From Lachnospiraceae bacterium (GTDB lineage: Bacteria > Bacillota > Clostridia > Lachnospirales > Lachnospiraceae), in the NCBI GenBank assembly GCA_017535945.1, contig JAFXTJ010000007.1, forward strand, positions 1,911-65,910: 64,000 nucleotides of DNA, given 5' to 3'. Below are positions 47,661-57,200 of the stretch, one piece after another. The notes beneath the pieces were generated by a model. It made no database searches and had not been told where the DNA came from. It worked only from the letters and a program-made list of their open reading frames with translations. Both the position numbers and the translations under genes were made by a program. The first letter of the stretch is position 1, and every line of letters starts with the position of its first letter.

Positions 47661-49844
47661 TTACTGACAGAGCGCCAGAACCGCACGTACGATCCCCTCG
47701 GCATCCGTGGGGATCGTTTCCGTTCCGGGGACGGAAACGGATGCCTGTCCGTCGCGGATCACACCTTTCGCATAGCGGAGCAGGATCTCGGAGGAGGTGA
47801 ACCGTACGGTATTGTCTTCCGCGCCCAGGACAACGGCCACGAGATCGTGCGGATTGCCGGCGTCATCCGCCGTGCGCATGACACTCACGAGGCATGAGCC
47901 CGCCATATTCGTGGTGCCCGTCTTCAGACCGATGACTTCCGGCTCATTGTAGAGCAGCGCATTGGTCGTTTTGATGTCCATATGGAAGCTCGTCATCGGG
48001 TATTCCTTCTTTGAGGTGATCTCCGTGATCTGCGGGTAGACATTCAGGATATGCATGCACAGTTTGAACATATCCTCCGCACTCATATGATTCTGCATCT
48101 TGGCGGTGGACACCGCGTCCGCAAATACCGGCAGTCCGTTGCAGTTATAAAAGGTTGTCTCCTCGGAGAGACCGATATCGGCGGCTTTCCGGCGCATCCG
48201 CTCGACAAATGCGGACTCGCTGCCCGATACATATTCGGCGAGCGCCAGCGCGCATTCGTTGCTGGATGCGATGAGCATCCCGTGCAGGAGCTCCGTCACA
48301 TCCGTTACGGTCCCTTCCTCCATGGGGATCATGCGGTCCTGCCCCTGGGAGAGGAGAGCGGCGTTCGCGGAGATCGTGACCGGATCGTGGATCCCGATCT
48401 CTCCGGCGGCGACGGCATCCATGATGACGGCATAACTCATGAGCTTTGTCGTGCTCGCGATCGGGATCGCGAGATTCTGCCTGTGGCCCGCGAAGATCTC
48501 GCCCGTCGTAGCATCACCGACGATCGCGCCGCGCATCTCATCATAGAAGCCGGAGGAGGTCAGGTCCTCGAGATCCACCCGGAAAGGGGCCCCGGTATCA
48601 ATGACGAGGGTCCCGCCCTGCATCGAGAGATCCAGATCAAAGAGCAGTGCGAAATCCAGCAGATTGATGAAGCAGTCGGTCTTGCCCTCGGGATTCTTCC
48701 CGATGAAGGTGTAATACTTCACGTTCTGGCCGTTGAAGGTCATGCTGTTGGCTTTGAGATCCGCAGTGGAATAGGGGGTATCCGGCGAAGCGTAGAAGGG
48801 AATGTTTTCGCCCCCGACGGGACTGTAGGAGCCGGGAGAGTCGATCGTGATCCCTTCGGAGGATACCGACAGCGAGAAGGCACGCTCCGAGCCGTCAAGC
48901 AGCATCGCCAGATCCCGAAGCGACAGATAGCGGTTATTGGAGTATTCGTAATTGATGGATTTGACGGTCAGGCTTTCCCCGCCGTTTTTGACTCTGGCCG
49001 GCAGATTCTCCACGATCTTGTGGTTCTTTGCGGCATGTGCCGTGAGTACAAGAGGGAGCCGGCCTGACGGGGACGTGACGGTATCACCGGAGGATACACG
49101 GGAATAGATATATTGCGCGGCCGGCGTATCGGCTCCCGGCAGCTTTCCGGCATCAAGGATCAGCAGATGCTCGTTCACAGCATAAGAAAATGAACTGCCG
49201 TCTTCAAATGAGAGGATCTCCTCCTCGGTGTGAAATCTGCCGCTGTCCTCGTATCGATCCTTCAGATCGGTCAACGGCGGCATCAGTTCGGGACCGTGGA
49301 GCTTTAAGTATTCCTCCGGAGTGAGGGACAGTGCCTCCTGAAATAGGCTGTTCACATCCAGACCTTCCGGCAGCTCCTTGCCGGACGCTTTGATCCGGAT
49401 GCCGATGAGCTCGAGGACCGCGTCCGCCAGTGCTTTTCTGGCAGTTGTCTCCGCATCGATATAGGAACTGTCGTCCACACGGATGCTGTAATCCGTACCC
49501 TGCAGGGAGAGGGAGATCCCGACCGGGAGATGCCCGATCCGGTCGGAGAGACGCACCTGATAGCCCATGGCCGCACCGTCGATCCAGGATCTGGCGTTTT
49601 CCCGTACGGTCGGAGAGACATCTTCCTCGCGTTCCCAGATGCCCGGCAGAAGTGTCGCGGGCTGCGGGATCCGGCGGTAGAGCAGGACGCAGAGGCAGCA
49701 AAGAGCGGCGATGACGGGCAGCAACAGGATCAGCACCGGCAGCGCACCGGCACCTCTTTTTTTCTTTTTCTTCCTGCGTTTTACCGGACGCGGTCTGCGC
49801 GCCGGTTCCTCGTAGGGTTCGTAATCGTCCAGAAAATCATTCAT
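47661..49844 (-). CDS. D-alanyl-D-alanine carboxypeptidase (peptidase S11) with a long N-terminal extension and TM anchor
   Basis: ASTTK (SxxK), SSN (SxN), KTGTT; basic stretch followed by a TM at the N-terminus. Confidence 0.9.
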   Translation of the reverse strand: MNDFLDDYEPYEEPARRPRPVKRRKKKKKRGAGALPVLILLLPVIAALCCLCVLLYRRIPQPATLLPGIWEREEDVSPTVRENARSWIDGAAMGYQVRLSDRIGHLPVGISLSLQGTDYSIRVDDSSYIDAETTARKALADAVLELIGIRIKASGKELPEGLDVNSLFQEALSLTPEEYLKLHGPELMPPLTDLKDRYEDSGRFHTEEEILSFEDGSSFSYAVNEHLLILDAGKLPGADTPAAQYIYSRVSSGDTVTSPSGRLPLVLTAHAAKNHKIVENLPARVKNGGESLTVKSINYEYSNNRYLSLRDLAMLLDGSERAFSLSVSSEGITIDSPGSYSPVGGENIPFYASPDTPYSTADLKANSMTFNGQNVKYYTFIGKNPEGKTDCFINLLDFALLFDLDLSMQGGTLVIDTGAPFRVDLEDLTSSGFYDEMRGAIVGDATTGEIFAGHRQNLAIPIASTTKLMSYAVIMDAVAAGEIGIHDPVTISANAALLSQGQDRMIPMEEGTVTDVTELLHGMLIASSNECALALAEYVSGSESAFVERMRRKAADIGLSEETTFYNCNGLPVFADAVSTAKMQNHMSAEDMFKLCMHILNVYPQITEITSKKEYPMTSFHMDIKTTNALLYNEPEVIGLKTGTTNMAGSCLVSVMRTADDAGNPHDLVAVVLGAEDNTVRFTSSEILLRYAKGVIRDGQASVSVPGTETIPTDAEGIVRAVLALCQ

Positions 49845-49851
49845 GGGTCAT

Positions 49852-49880
49852 ATTCTAACAATTTTGACTGTTTCTGTCGA
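49852..49880 (-). promoter_or_regulatory. Sigma-A promoter of the carboxypeptidase, leaderless geometry
   Basis: Minus strand TCGACA, 17-bp spacer, TGtTAGAAT, 7 nt before ATG 49844. Confidence 0.65.
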
Positions 49881-49969
49881 GAGCAAGGTGTGATACAATG
49901 TTCAAGTCTTTATACGGAACGATCGAAGATACAATTGCATCCAAACTGACATTAAGGGAATCCTGCATT

Positions 49970-51313
49970 ATGAAAAAAGGCTTATCACTGCGCACGATCC
50001 ATATATGGCTGATCATCACCATGGTCGTCATGTCCGGAACGGTCCTCTATGCGACCTACCGGCTGACGAACACATTTCTGCGCCTTGCGCAGGCAGAGGA
50101 GGTGCACACGGAGCTTGACCGTGCCGCGCGTGAGCTGATGGATGCGTCGGATTATCTGACCGAACAGGTACAGCGTTTTACGATCCGCGGTGACAAGCGG
50201 TTTCTGGATCAATATTTCACGGAAGCCTTTGAGTCCAACAGGCGGGAGGAAGCGATCGAGCGGATGGACGTGAATGCGGAAACGCAGGCAGCGCTCGCCA
50301 AGCTGAAGGAAGCGATGAGCCATTCCGTGTCGCTCATGGATCAGGAATACTATGCCATGCGGCTGGTGATCGATGCCAGGGGCTATAAGAGCTATCCCAG
50401 GGTACTGGATCAGATCGTAATAAGTGATGAAGATGCCGCACTGGATCCGGAGGATAAGATCCGGCGCGCCACGGAGCTGGTGCTCAATGACGATTATTAT
50501 GAACAGAAGGATCAGATCAGACAGGGCATGCGTGACAGCCTGAAGGAAGTCGATCTCCTCATGAACAAGACCAAGACGGAAGAACTGGATATGCTGAACC
50601 GCGAACTGCTGTTTGTCCGGATCGTCATCGTGATCCAGGTACTCTCCATTCTGATCATGCTGCGTCTGACATCAGTACTCGGGATCCGGCCGGTCCTCAG
50701 AGCGGTGGACAGGATCAAGGAGGACAGTCCGATACCGGAGGCAGGCGCGAACGAATTCCGTTATCTCGCCAAGGCTTACAACAAGATGTATGCCCGTTAT
50801 AAGACGAGCCTGGAGCATCTGAGCTACAAGGCGTCCCATGATGAACTGACAGGCGCCTACAACCGGGCGGGGTATGACCTGCTGCTCTCGAGCATCGACC
50901 TGGCGACGACGTATATGATGCTGCTGGACGTCGATAATTTCAAGACGATCAATGATACCTACGGTCATGAGACCGGCGACCGGGTCCTCATCAAACTGGT
51001 GCAGGTCTTAAACAGCATCTTCCGCGACGATGACTGCATCTGCAGGATCGGCGGTGACGAATTTGTCATCTTCATGGTACATTCCTCCGGCATGCAACGC
51101 AAACTGATCGAATCCAAGATCGAGCAGATCAACGAGGAGATGGAGAACATGGCTGATGGTCTGCCGCCTGTCACGATCAGCATCGGGATCGTAAACGGAC
51201 GGGACGTCACGGATCCGGAGAGTATCCTCGACAAAACGGATGCCGCCATGTATGAATCCAAGAAGCGCGGTAAAAACACATATACCTTCTACACAAAACA
51301 GGGGCAGAGATAA
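49970..51313 (+). CDS. Membrane diguanylate cyclase (GGDEF)
   Basis: TM-sensor-TM; HDELTGAYNR, DVDNFKTINDTYGH, RxxD I-site (RDDD), GGDEF. Confidence 0.93.
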   Translation: MKKGLSLRTIHIWLIITMVVMSGTVLYATYRLTNTFLRLAQAEEVHTELDRAARELMDASDYLTEQVQRFTIRGDKRFLDQYFTEAFESNRREEAIERMDVNAETQAALAKLKEAMSHSVSLMDQEYYAMRLVIDARGYKSYPRVLDQIVISDEDAALDPEDKIRRATELVLNDDYYEQKDQIRQGMRDSLKEVDLLMNKTKTEELDMLNRELLFVRIVIVIQVLSILIMLRLTSVLGIRPVLRAVDRIKEDSPIPEAGANEFRYLAKAYNKMYARYKTSLEHLSYKASHDELTGAYNRAGYDLLLSSIDLATTYMMLLDVDNFKTINDTYGHETGDRVLIKLVQVLNSIFRDDDCICRIGGDEFVIFMVHSSGMQRKLIESKIEQINEEMENMADGLPPVTISIGIVNGRDVTDPESILDKTDAAMYESKKRGKNTYTFYTKQGQR

Positions 51314-51317
51314 AGCC

Positions 51318-53153
51318 ATGCGGTTCGAAGGAAGCGCCATCCTGAATATGTCATTTGCTGCGGTTACGGCTCTGACAGGCCGGATCTGGTTACTTATCCT
51401 GCTCATAATTCTCGCGCTGTTTCTGCTGGCAGCCGGTATCAGAGCCTATATCGGAATCCGCACACGCACGCTCGCGAAAAAGAGCAGGGAGGCGGAGGAA
51501 AGATTCAGACAGACAGCGGAAGCCTTTGCCGCGGCCGTGGATTCCCTGGATCCCTGCATTGTCGGGCATTCGTTCCGTGTGGCGGATTATGCGAGACGGA
51601 TCGCCGAGGCGGCAGGCAAGTCAAAAGCGGATTGCGAAAAGATCTATTACGCCGCGCTTTTACATGATACAGGAATGATAGACGTCCCGGCAGAGATCCT
51701 GACAAAGAACGGGAAGCTCACGGAGGAGGAAACGGACAGGATCAGGAAGCATCCGCTCACCGGCTCTCATATCCTGGAGCGGATCGGTTCTTCGCCCTGG
51801 CTCGCTCTCGCCGCGCGCTATCACCATGAGCGCTATGACGGCAAGGGGTATCCTGAGGGGCTGAAAAGAGAAGAGATCCCGGAAAGCGCGAGGATCATCG
51901 CAGTGGCCGATGCCTATGATGCCATGACTTCCGACCGCAGCTACCGGCCTGCGATGCCGCAGCATATCGTGCGTAAGGAACTGATGAAAGGCAGCGGCAC
52001 ACAGTTTGATCCCGTTTTTGATCTGATCATGATCCATATGCTCGATCTGGACACGGATTACCGGATGAGGGATACCAAAACGGACAGTTCAGCCGCCTCG
52101 GACACCATCCGCTGCGAACGGATCTATGAGGATTGCTCCGGCGGGATCTCCGTTACGACGCAGCCGGTCACGATCCGTTTCTGCAGTCAGCCCGATGAGT
52201 GGGTCTCCCCTTCGGACAGTCTGCCGACGCTGATCCTGTTTGATTCGCTGGACGGAAATGTGCATCCCGGCGAAGAAGACAATCAGAATCTCCTCTACTA
52301 TGAATATGCGCGGATCCGCATGGACGGACTTGTGACAGAGCGCAATACGCGAAAAACGGAAGTACGGATCGAAGAAGGAGTAACGGATCTTAACCGGAGG
52401 GACCCCGGAGAGCAGGGCCGGCGTTATCTGATCGAAGGTGTGCGCTACAGGGATCATGCGCGTATCAGGATCTGTGATGAAAACCGTACGATCACGGTGA
52501 TCCTGGCACTGCCGGATATGACCCGTTTCACCTATCTCTCGATCGGAGGAGAGCATTGCTCAGTCAGCAATATCCGTACGGAGACGGCAAACACGGAAGC
52601 GGATAACGATACCATCCCGCGGATCGCCGAAGAGATCAGTTATATCAGGAACTCACGGGAAGGAAATATCCCGAATATCCAGATCAACGGCATGCGGACG
52701 GATGCGACGGAAGGGATCGCGATCGGTGACGGTCTGACGCTGCGTTTCCATATGATGAGCCTGCCGACCGCGAGGCTCATGTGGCACTGCGCTTTCTTAA
52801 GCCTGTTCTCTTCCGGAAACGGCCGGATGGACGGAAAGGGATTCCGCGAATACCTGCTGCTGCGTCTGGACGGCGAGAGTTCGGAGTCCGATGAACATGT
52901 GCAGAATGAGGTCCATGTCGAGAAAAACAATTATTTTTACGGCTGGGATGACTGGATCAGGCGGAACAAAGAGGGTGTGGACTGCGCCGTGACGATCGCT
53001 GTGGAGGACAACCGGATCATCATGCAGACGGAGAACAATGGGATCGCCATCCGGAGCGTCACGATGATCCGCGACAAGGTCAAAGATCTGTATATTGCCC
53101 TCACCGGAGACCAGTGCGCGATCACGGATATCCGGATCGAGAGGGCAGTGTAA
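51318..53153 (+). CDS. HD-GYP phosphodiesterase with a TM anchor and a duplicated C-terminal beta-rich domain
   Basis: GHSFRVA, LLHDTG, HHERYDGKGYP, ADAYDAMTSDRSYR, GTQFDP. Confidence 0.9.
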   Translation: MRFEGSAILNMSFAAVTALTGRIWLLILLIILALFLLAAGIRAYIGIRTRTLAKKSREAEERFRQTAEAFAAAVDSLDPCIVGHSFRVADYARRIAEAAGKSKADCEKIYYAALLHDTGMIDVPAEILTKNGKLTEEETDRIRKHPLTGSHILERIGSSPWLALAARYHHERYDGKGYPEGLKREEIPESARIIAVADAYDAMTSDRSYRPAMPQHIVRKELMKGSGTQFDPVFDLIMIHMLDLDTDYRMRDTKTDSSAASDTIRCERIYEDCSGGISVTTQPVTIRFCSQPDEWVSPSDSLPTLILFDSLDGNVHPGEEDNQNLLYYEYARIRMDGLVTERNTRKTEVRIEEGVTDLNRRDPGEQGRRYLIEGVRYRDHARIRICDENRTITVILALPDMTRFTYLSIGGEHCSVSNIRTETANTEADNDTIPRIAEEISYIRNSREGNIPNIQINGMRTDATEGIAIGDGLTLRFHMMSLPTARLMWHCAFLSLFSSGNGRMDGKGFREYLLLRLDGESSESDEHVQNEVHVEKNNYFYGWDDWIRRNKEGVDCAVTIAVEDNRIIMQTENNGIAIRSVTMIRDKVKDLYIALTGDQCAITDIRIERAV

Positions 53154-53184
53154 AGGGCGATCACCGGTATAAGGAGGAACTGAT

Positions 53185-53952
53185 ATGGCTCTGTTACAGG
53201 TAAACTATCTGTCCGCCGCATTATTCCGGACGGTGCCGGTGAATGTGATCCTGCCGGTCGACAGGATCGACTTCGAAAACGCGGCCTATCTCACCGGCGG
53301 ACCGCGCAGGTTCAAAACGCTCTATCTGCTGCACGGTCTGCTTGGCAACTACACGGACTGGGTGAGCCGCACCCGGATCCAGTTGTGGGCGGAGGAGAGA
53401 GATCTCGCCGTCGTCATGCCCTCCGGCGACAATTCATTCTATTTCAAGGGAAAACTGCCGAATTCCGATTACGGCGCGTTTATCGGTAAAGAACTGCCGG
53501 AGATCACGAGAAGGATGTTCCCGCTTTCCGACAGACGTGAGGATACCTTTATCGCGGGACTGTCCATGGGCGGGTACGGCGCGATCCGGAACGGCATCGT
53601 CTATTCCGGGACATACAGTCATGTGGCGGGACTCTCCGCAGCGGTCCATCTGTTTGAGAACGCCGAAAGAAATGTGTTCGACCGTCTTCTGTTTGATGAC
53701 GATGAGGCTGCCGCAAAGACCGACTTAAACCCCAGGGTGGCCTACGAAAACATGCTTGCGGAGAAGCGTCCGGAGCCGAGGTTCTATCTGGCCTGCGGGA
53801 CACAGGACGATCTGTACGGCGTGAATGAAACCTATCGCGATTTTCTGCTGTCGCACGGTGCGGACGTGACCTGGGATGAGTCGGATGCCGGCCACGAATG
53901 GGACTTCTGGGATGAGCAGATCCGCAAAGTCCTTGACTGGCTGCCTTTGTAA
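53185..53952 (+). CDS. Alpha/beta-hydrolase esterase (acetyl-/tributyrin-esterase-like)
   Basis: LYLLHG, GLSMGG nucleophile elbow, CGTQD, GHEWDFW. Confidence 0.9.
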   Translation: MALLQVNYLSAALFRTVPVNVILPVDRIDFENAAYLTGGPRRFKTLYLLHGLLGNYTDWVSRTRIQLWAEERDLAVVMPSGDNSFYFKGKLPNSDYGAFIGKELPEITRRMFPLSDRREDTFIAGLSMGGYGAIRNGIVYSGTYSHVAGLSAAVHLFENAERNVFDRLLFDDDEAAAKTDLNPRVAYENMLAEKRPEPRFYLACGTQDDLYGVNETYRDFLLSHGADVTWDESDAGHEWDFWDEQIRKVLDWLPL

Positions 53953-54047
53953 CCGAGACCCGTCACCGGGCGTCATGGGAGGCGGACAGGAGGCTCTTGA
54001 CCGGATCGGTCTGATACGCAACAACTTCTGAGAATGCATACTTTCTG

Positions 54048-54076
54048 TTGACATCCCTTTTCCGGGCAACTATAAT
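54048..54076 (+). promoter_or_regulatory. Perfect-consensus sigma-A promoter
   Basis: TTGACA (54048-54053), 17-bp spacer, TATAAT (54071-54076). Confidence 0.85.
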
Positions 54077-54088
54077 CACGTTAAGCAA

Positions 54089-54125
54089 CGGGGCTGTATC
54101 CATGTGATGCAGTCCCGCTTTTTTT
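54089..54125 (+). terminator. Intrinsic terminator-like hairpin directly downstream of the promoter
   Basis: cggggctgtatc-catgt-gatgcagtcccg followed by a T7 tract. Confidence 0.65.
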
Positions 54126-54214
54126 GCGGACAAAGGCGTTCTGCGGCAGTGATGCGGGACGCCTTTTGCGTTGTGTCGGAGAAATACGCGAGTATGCGGG
54201 ATAAGGGAGGCGGT

Positions 54215-54925
54215 ATGAGCGGAAATATTGCGGTCATCACGGCAAGAGGCGGTTCCAAGAGGATCCCGAAAAAGAATATCCGGCCGTTCTGCGGGGTACC
54301 GATCATCGCCTATTCGATCAGAGCAGCTCTTGAGAGCGGACTTTTCGATATCGTCATGGTCTCCACCGATGATGAGGAGATCGCAGACATCGCCGGTAAA
54401 TACGGCGCAGAGATCCCGTTTTTCAGAAGTGCCGCGAATTCCGACGATCATGCCACAACGGAGGATGCCGTGACCGAGGTACTGGAAAAATACAGGGAAC
54501 AGGGCAGGACATTTGACGTCACCTGCTGTATCTATCCGACGGCGCCCTTCATCACGGGAAAAAAACTGCAGGAAGCATACCGGATCCTGACCGCGGAAAG
54601 CTGCGATACGGTATTTCCTGTGGTCCGGTTCTCATTTCCTCCGCAGAGAGGGCTTTATCTGACAGACGGATCCCTGAAGCCCGTGGAGCCGGATGCCTAT
54701 ATGATGCGCTCGCAGGATCTCATGCCGGTCTATCACGACTCCGGACAGTTCTATTTCTACCGTGTCGTGACCTTTTTAAGGACAGGCTCCACGATCGAAA
54801 ACGCCAGAGGGATCCCCGTTGACGATCTGGAGGTACAGGATATCGATACGCTCACCGATTGGGAGATGGCGGAGATCAAATACCGGATCCTCCATAAGAA
54901 CGATCTGCCGGAAGCGCACTTTTGA
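54215..54925 (+). CDS. Acylneuraminate/pseudaminic acid cytidylyltransferase (PseF/NeuA family)
   Basis: ITARGGSKRIPKKN, VSTDD, IYPTAPF, RSQDL, HDSGQFY, QDIDT; RBS gggagg before ATG 54215. Confidence 0.9.
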   Translation: MSGNIAVITARGGSKRIPKKNIRPFCGVPIIAYSIRAALESGLFDIVMVSTDDEEIADIAGKYGAEIPFFRSAANSDDHATTEDAVTEVLEKYREQGRTFDVTCCIYPTAPFITGKKLQEAYRILTAESCDTVFPVVRFSFPPQRGLYLTDGSLKPVEPDAYMMRSQDLMPVYHDSGQFYFYRVVTFLRTGSTIENARGIPVDDLEVQDIDTLTDWEMAEIKYRILHKNDLPEAHF

Positions 54926-55007
54926 GACTGCCGCTCCTGTTTGCGTTATTCCTCTGTTTGTGATAATATAACCTTTCGTGCGACAACTGTCACAAAGGAG
55001 GTGTGGG

Positions 55008-55343
55008 ATGTCGATCAAAGACGTGTTATTCGGCTCCGAGGAGGAGCGTGCTGCGGACGAGAAGAGGATCGCGGACCTGGAAGAGGGGCATATCACCAAG
55101 GATATGCTGGTCGGCCAGATCGTCATGAAATATCCGGCTGCCGCGGATTTCCTCATGAGCTGCGGGATGGGATGCATCTTCTGCCCGTCGGCACAGATGG
55201 AAAGCCTTGAGCAGGCCGCCATGGTCCACGGGCTCGATGCGGATGATATCTGCGATGCCCTGAACGATACGATCTCCGGTAAAAAGGACGCGCCGGCCGA
55301 AGAGGAGCAGGGAACGCTCGCGGCTTCCTCGGAGGCGCTGTAA
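55008..55343 (+). CDS. DUF1858 domain protein
   Basis: ITKDMLVGQIV..YP...GMGCIFCPSAQMESLEQAAMVHG; RBS aaggaggt; promoter TTGCGT-17-TAATAT upstream. Confidence 0.88.
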   Translation: MSIKDVLFGSEEERAADEKRIADLEEGHITKDMLVGQIVMKYPAAADFLMSCGMGCIFCPSAQMESLEQAAMVHGLDADDICDALNDTISGKKDAPAEEEQGTLAASSEAL

Positions 55344-55344
55344 G

Positions 55345-56652
55345 ATGTGGTACGAGGAGAGCGTTTATTACCAGATCTACCCTCTGGGATTTGTCGGTGC
55401 GCCTTATCAGAATGACGGTGTGGAGCGGCACGGGATCCTCGCGGTCAGGGACTGGATCCCGCATCTCACAAAACTCGGCATCAACGCCGTCATCTTCAAT
55501 CCGGTCTTTGAATCCGATACCCACGGCTATAATACGAGGGACTACCGGCTGATCGATAAGAGGCTCGGGAGCAACGAGGATTTCGCAGAGGTCTGCAAGT
55601 CCCTGCACGACGCGGGGATCCGGGTGCTGTTGGACGGTGTGTTCAATCACGCCGGCCGCGGCTTCTTTGCGTTTCAGGATGTTCTGCAGAAGCGTTGGGA
55701 TTCCGAATACAAAGACTGGTTCCATATCAATTTCGACGGCAATGACGGCTATAATGACGGCCTGTGGTATGAAGGCTGGGAGGGCAATTTTGACCTCGTG
55801 AAACTGAACCTCCGCAACGAGGCCGTGGTGAACTATCTGCTGGAGAGCGTGAAATACTGGATCGACACCTTCGGGATCGACGGACTGCGCCTCGATGTCG
55901 CCTACATGGTGGACCGCGATTTCCTGAAGCGCCTGCGCAGCGCCACTGCCTCATGGAAGGAGGATTTCTTCCTCTACGGCGAGATGCTGCACGGGGACTA
56001 CAAGCAGATCATGAACCCGGAGATGTGCCACAGCGTCACCAACTACGAGTGCTATAAAGGTCTGTATTCCAGCTTTAACTCCGCAAATCTCTTCGAGATC
56101 GTGCATTCCCTGAAACGGCAGTTCGGTCCGGAGCCCTGGTGTCTCTATACGGGCATGAAACTCATGAATTTTGTGGACAACCACGATGTAACGCGGGTCG
56201 CGAGCATTCTGCAGAATCCCGCGCATCTGCCGTTGATACATGCGATGCTCTTCGGCATGCCGGGCATGCCGATCCTCTATTACGGCAGCGAGTGGGGAGC
56301 GACGGGCGATAAATCCGCAGGAGATCCCGCGCTCAGGCCGCATTTTGACAAGCCGGAGTGGAATGAACTGACGGATCAGATCGCGGCCATGGTCAAAGCA
56401 AGACGCGAAAGCCGGGCGCTGGCGTACGGCTCCTTTAAAGACCTTGTACTGCAGAACAGATTCTGCGTCCTGGAACGGGAGACCGACGGGGACCGCGTTA
56501 TGATCGCCGTCAATATGGACGATCATGAGGTTACGGCGCATTTTGATGCCAGAGCGGGACGCGCAAGGGATCTGATCTCCGGCGAGACCATCGATTTCGG
56601 CGGTGGCCTCAGGATCCCGTCCATGGGCGCTTATCTGCTGCAGCCCTATTGA
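55345..56652 (+). CDS. GH13 alpha-amylase family glycosidase (maltodextrin glucosidase / neopullulanase-like)
   Basis: YQIYP, HGY, DGVFNH, DGLRLDVA, GE, FVDNHD, YYGSEWG. Confidence 0.92.
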   Translation: MWYEESVYYQIYPLGFVGAPYQNDGVERHGILAVRDWIPHLTKLGINAVIFNPVFESDTHGYNTRDYRLIDKRLGSNEDFAEVCKSLHDAGIRVLLDGVFNHAGRGFFAFQDVLQKRWDSEYKDWFHINFDGNDGYNDGLWYEGWEGNFDLVKLNLRNEAVVNYLLESVKYWIDTFGIDGLRLDVAYMVDRDFLKRLRSATASWKEDFFLYGEMLHGDYKQIMNPEMCHSVTNYECYKGLYSSFNSANLFEIVHSLKRQFGPEPWCLYTGMKLMNFVDNHDVTRVASILQNPAHLPLIHAMLFGMPGMPILYYGSEWGATGDKSAGDPALRPHFDKPEWNELTDQIAAMVKARRESRALAYGSFKDLVLQNRFCVLERETDGDRVMIAVNMDDHEVTAHFDARAGRARDLISGETIDFGGGLRIPSMGAYLLQPY

Positions 56653-56661
56653 GGAACAGCC

Positions 56662-57099
56662 ATGCAGGAAGTGATCCGGATCAAATATTTCTCGGATGCG
56701 ATCGAGCATCTGGCCTATATCGACGGCAAGAGCGACTGGATCGATCTGCGTGCCGCCAAACGCGTGGAACTCAAAAAGGGGGAGTGGAAACTGATCCCGC
56801 TCGGGGTAGCCATGCAGCTGCCCGAGGGATATGAGGCGCATATCGTGCCAAGAAGCTCCACCTATAAGAATTTCGGCATCATCCAGACGAACCATATGGG
56901 CGTGATCGACAATTCCTACAGCGGGGACAACGATCAGTGGTATTTCCCGGCGCTTGCGATGCGCGATACCGTGATCGAGGTCAATGACCGCATCTGCCAG
57001 TTCCGCATCATGAAGAACCAGCCGGCCATCCTGTTCGAGGAATGTGAACATCTGTCTGATACGGACCGCGGCGGCTTCGGGAGCACGGGGAAGAACTGA
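56662..57099 (+). CDS. dut: dUTP diphosphatase (trimeric)
   Basis: [31 protein letters not shown]. Confidence 0.94.
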   Translation: MQEVIRIKYFSDAIEHLAYIDGKSDWIDLRAAKRVELKKGEWKLIPLGVAMQLPEGYEAHIVPRSSTYKNFGIIQTNHMGVIDNSYSGDNDQWYFPALAMRDTVIEVNDRICQFRIMKNQPAILFEECEHLSDTDRGGFGSTGKN

Positions 57100-57118
57100 T
57101 CATATTTTTTTCAGATAT

Positions 57119-57140
57119 TGAACACAATTTGTACACATTT
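57119..57140 (+). promoter_or_regulatory. Candidate direct-repeat regulator box upstream of the ABC operon
   Basis: tgaacacaatt / tgtacacattt with an 11-bp period. Confidence 0.4.
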
Positions 57141-57200
57141 GCGTGATTTAATCATGCGGTAACATAAGATCTGACGGAACTTGTCAACAGGAGGAGAGAC

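Noticed and set aside
54090-54098. GGGGCTGTA resembles the 5' end of tRNA-Ala or tmRNA
   Set aside because: No D-arm, T-arm (GTTC) or CCA follows; it is simply the left arm of the terminator-like hairpin
8723-54214. Upstream-extended starts in the ORF track (rpsP 8723, rnhB 13471, AEC 30381, phosphoesterase 46902, HD-GYP 51240, pseF 54104)
   Set aside because: Most extensions overlap upstream genes or regulatory DNA and lack homology; downstream starts with an RBS or translational coupling fit better
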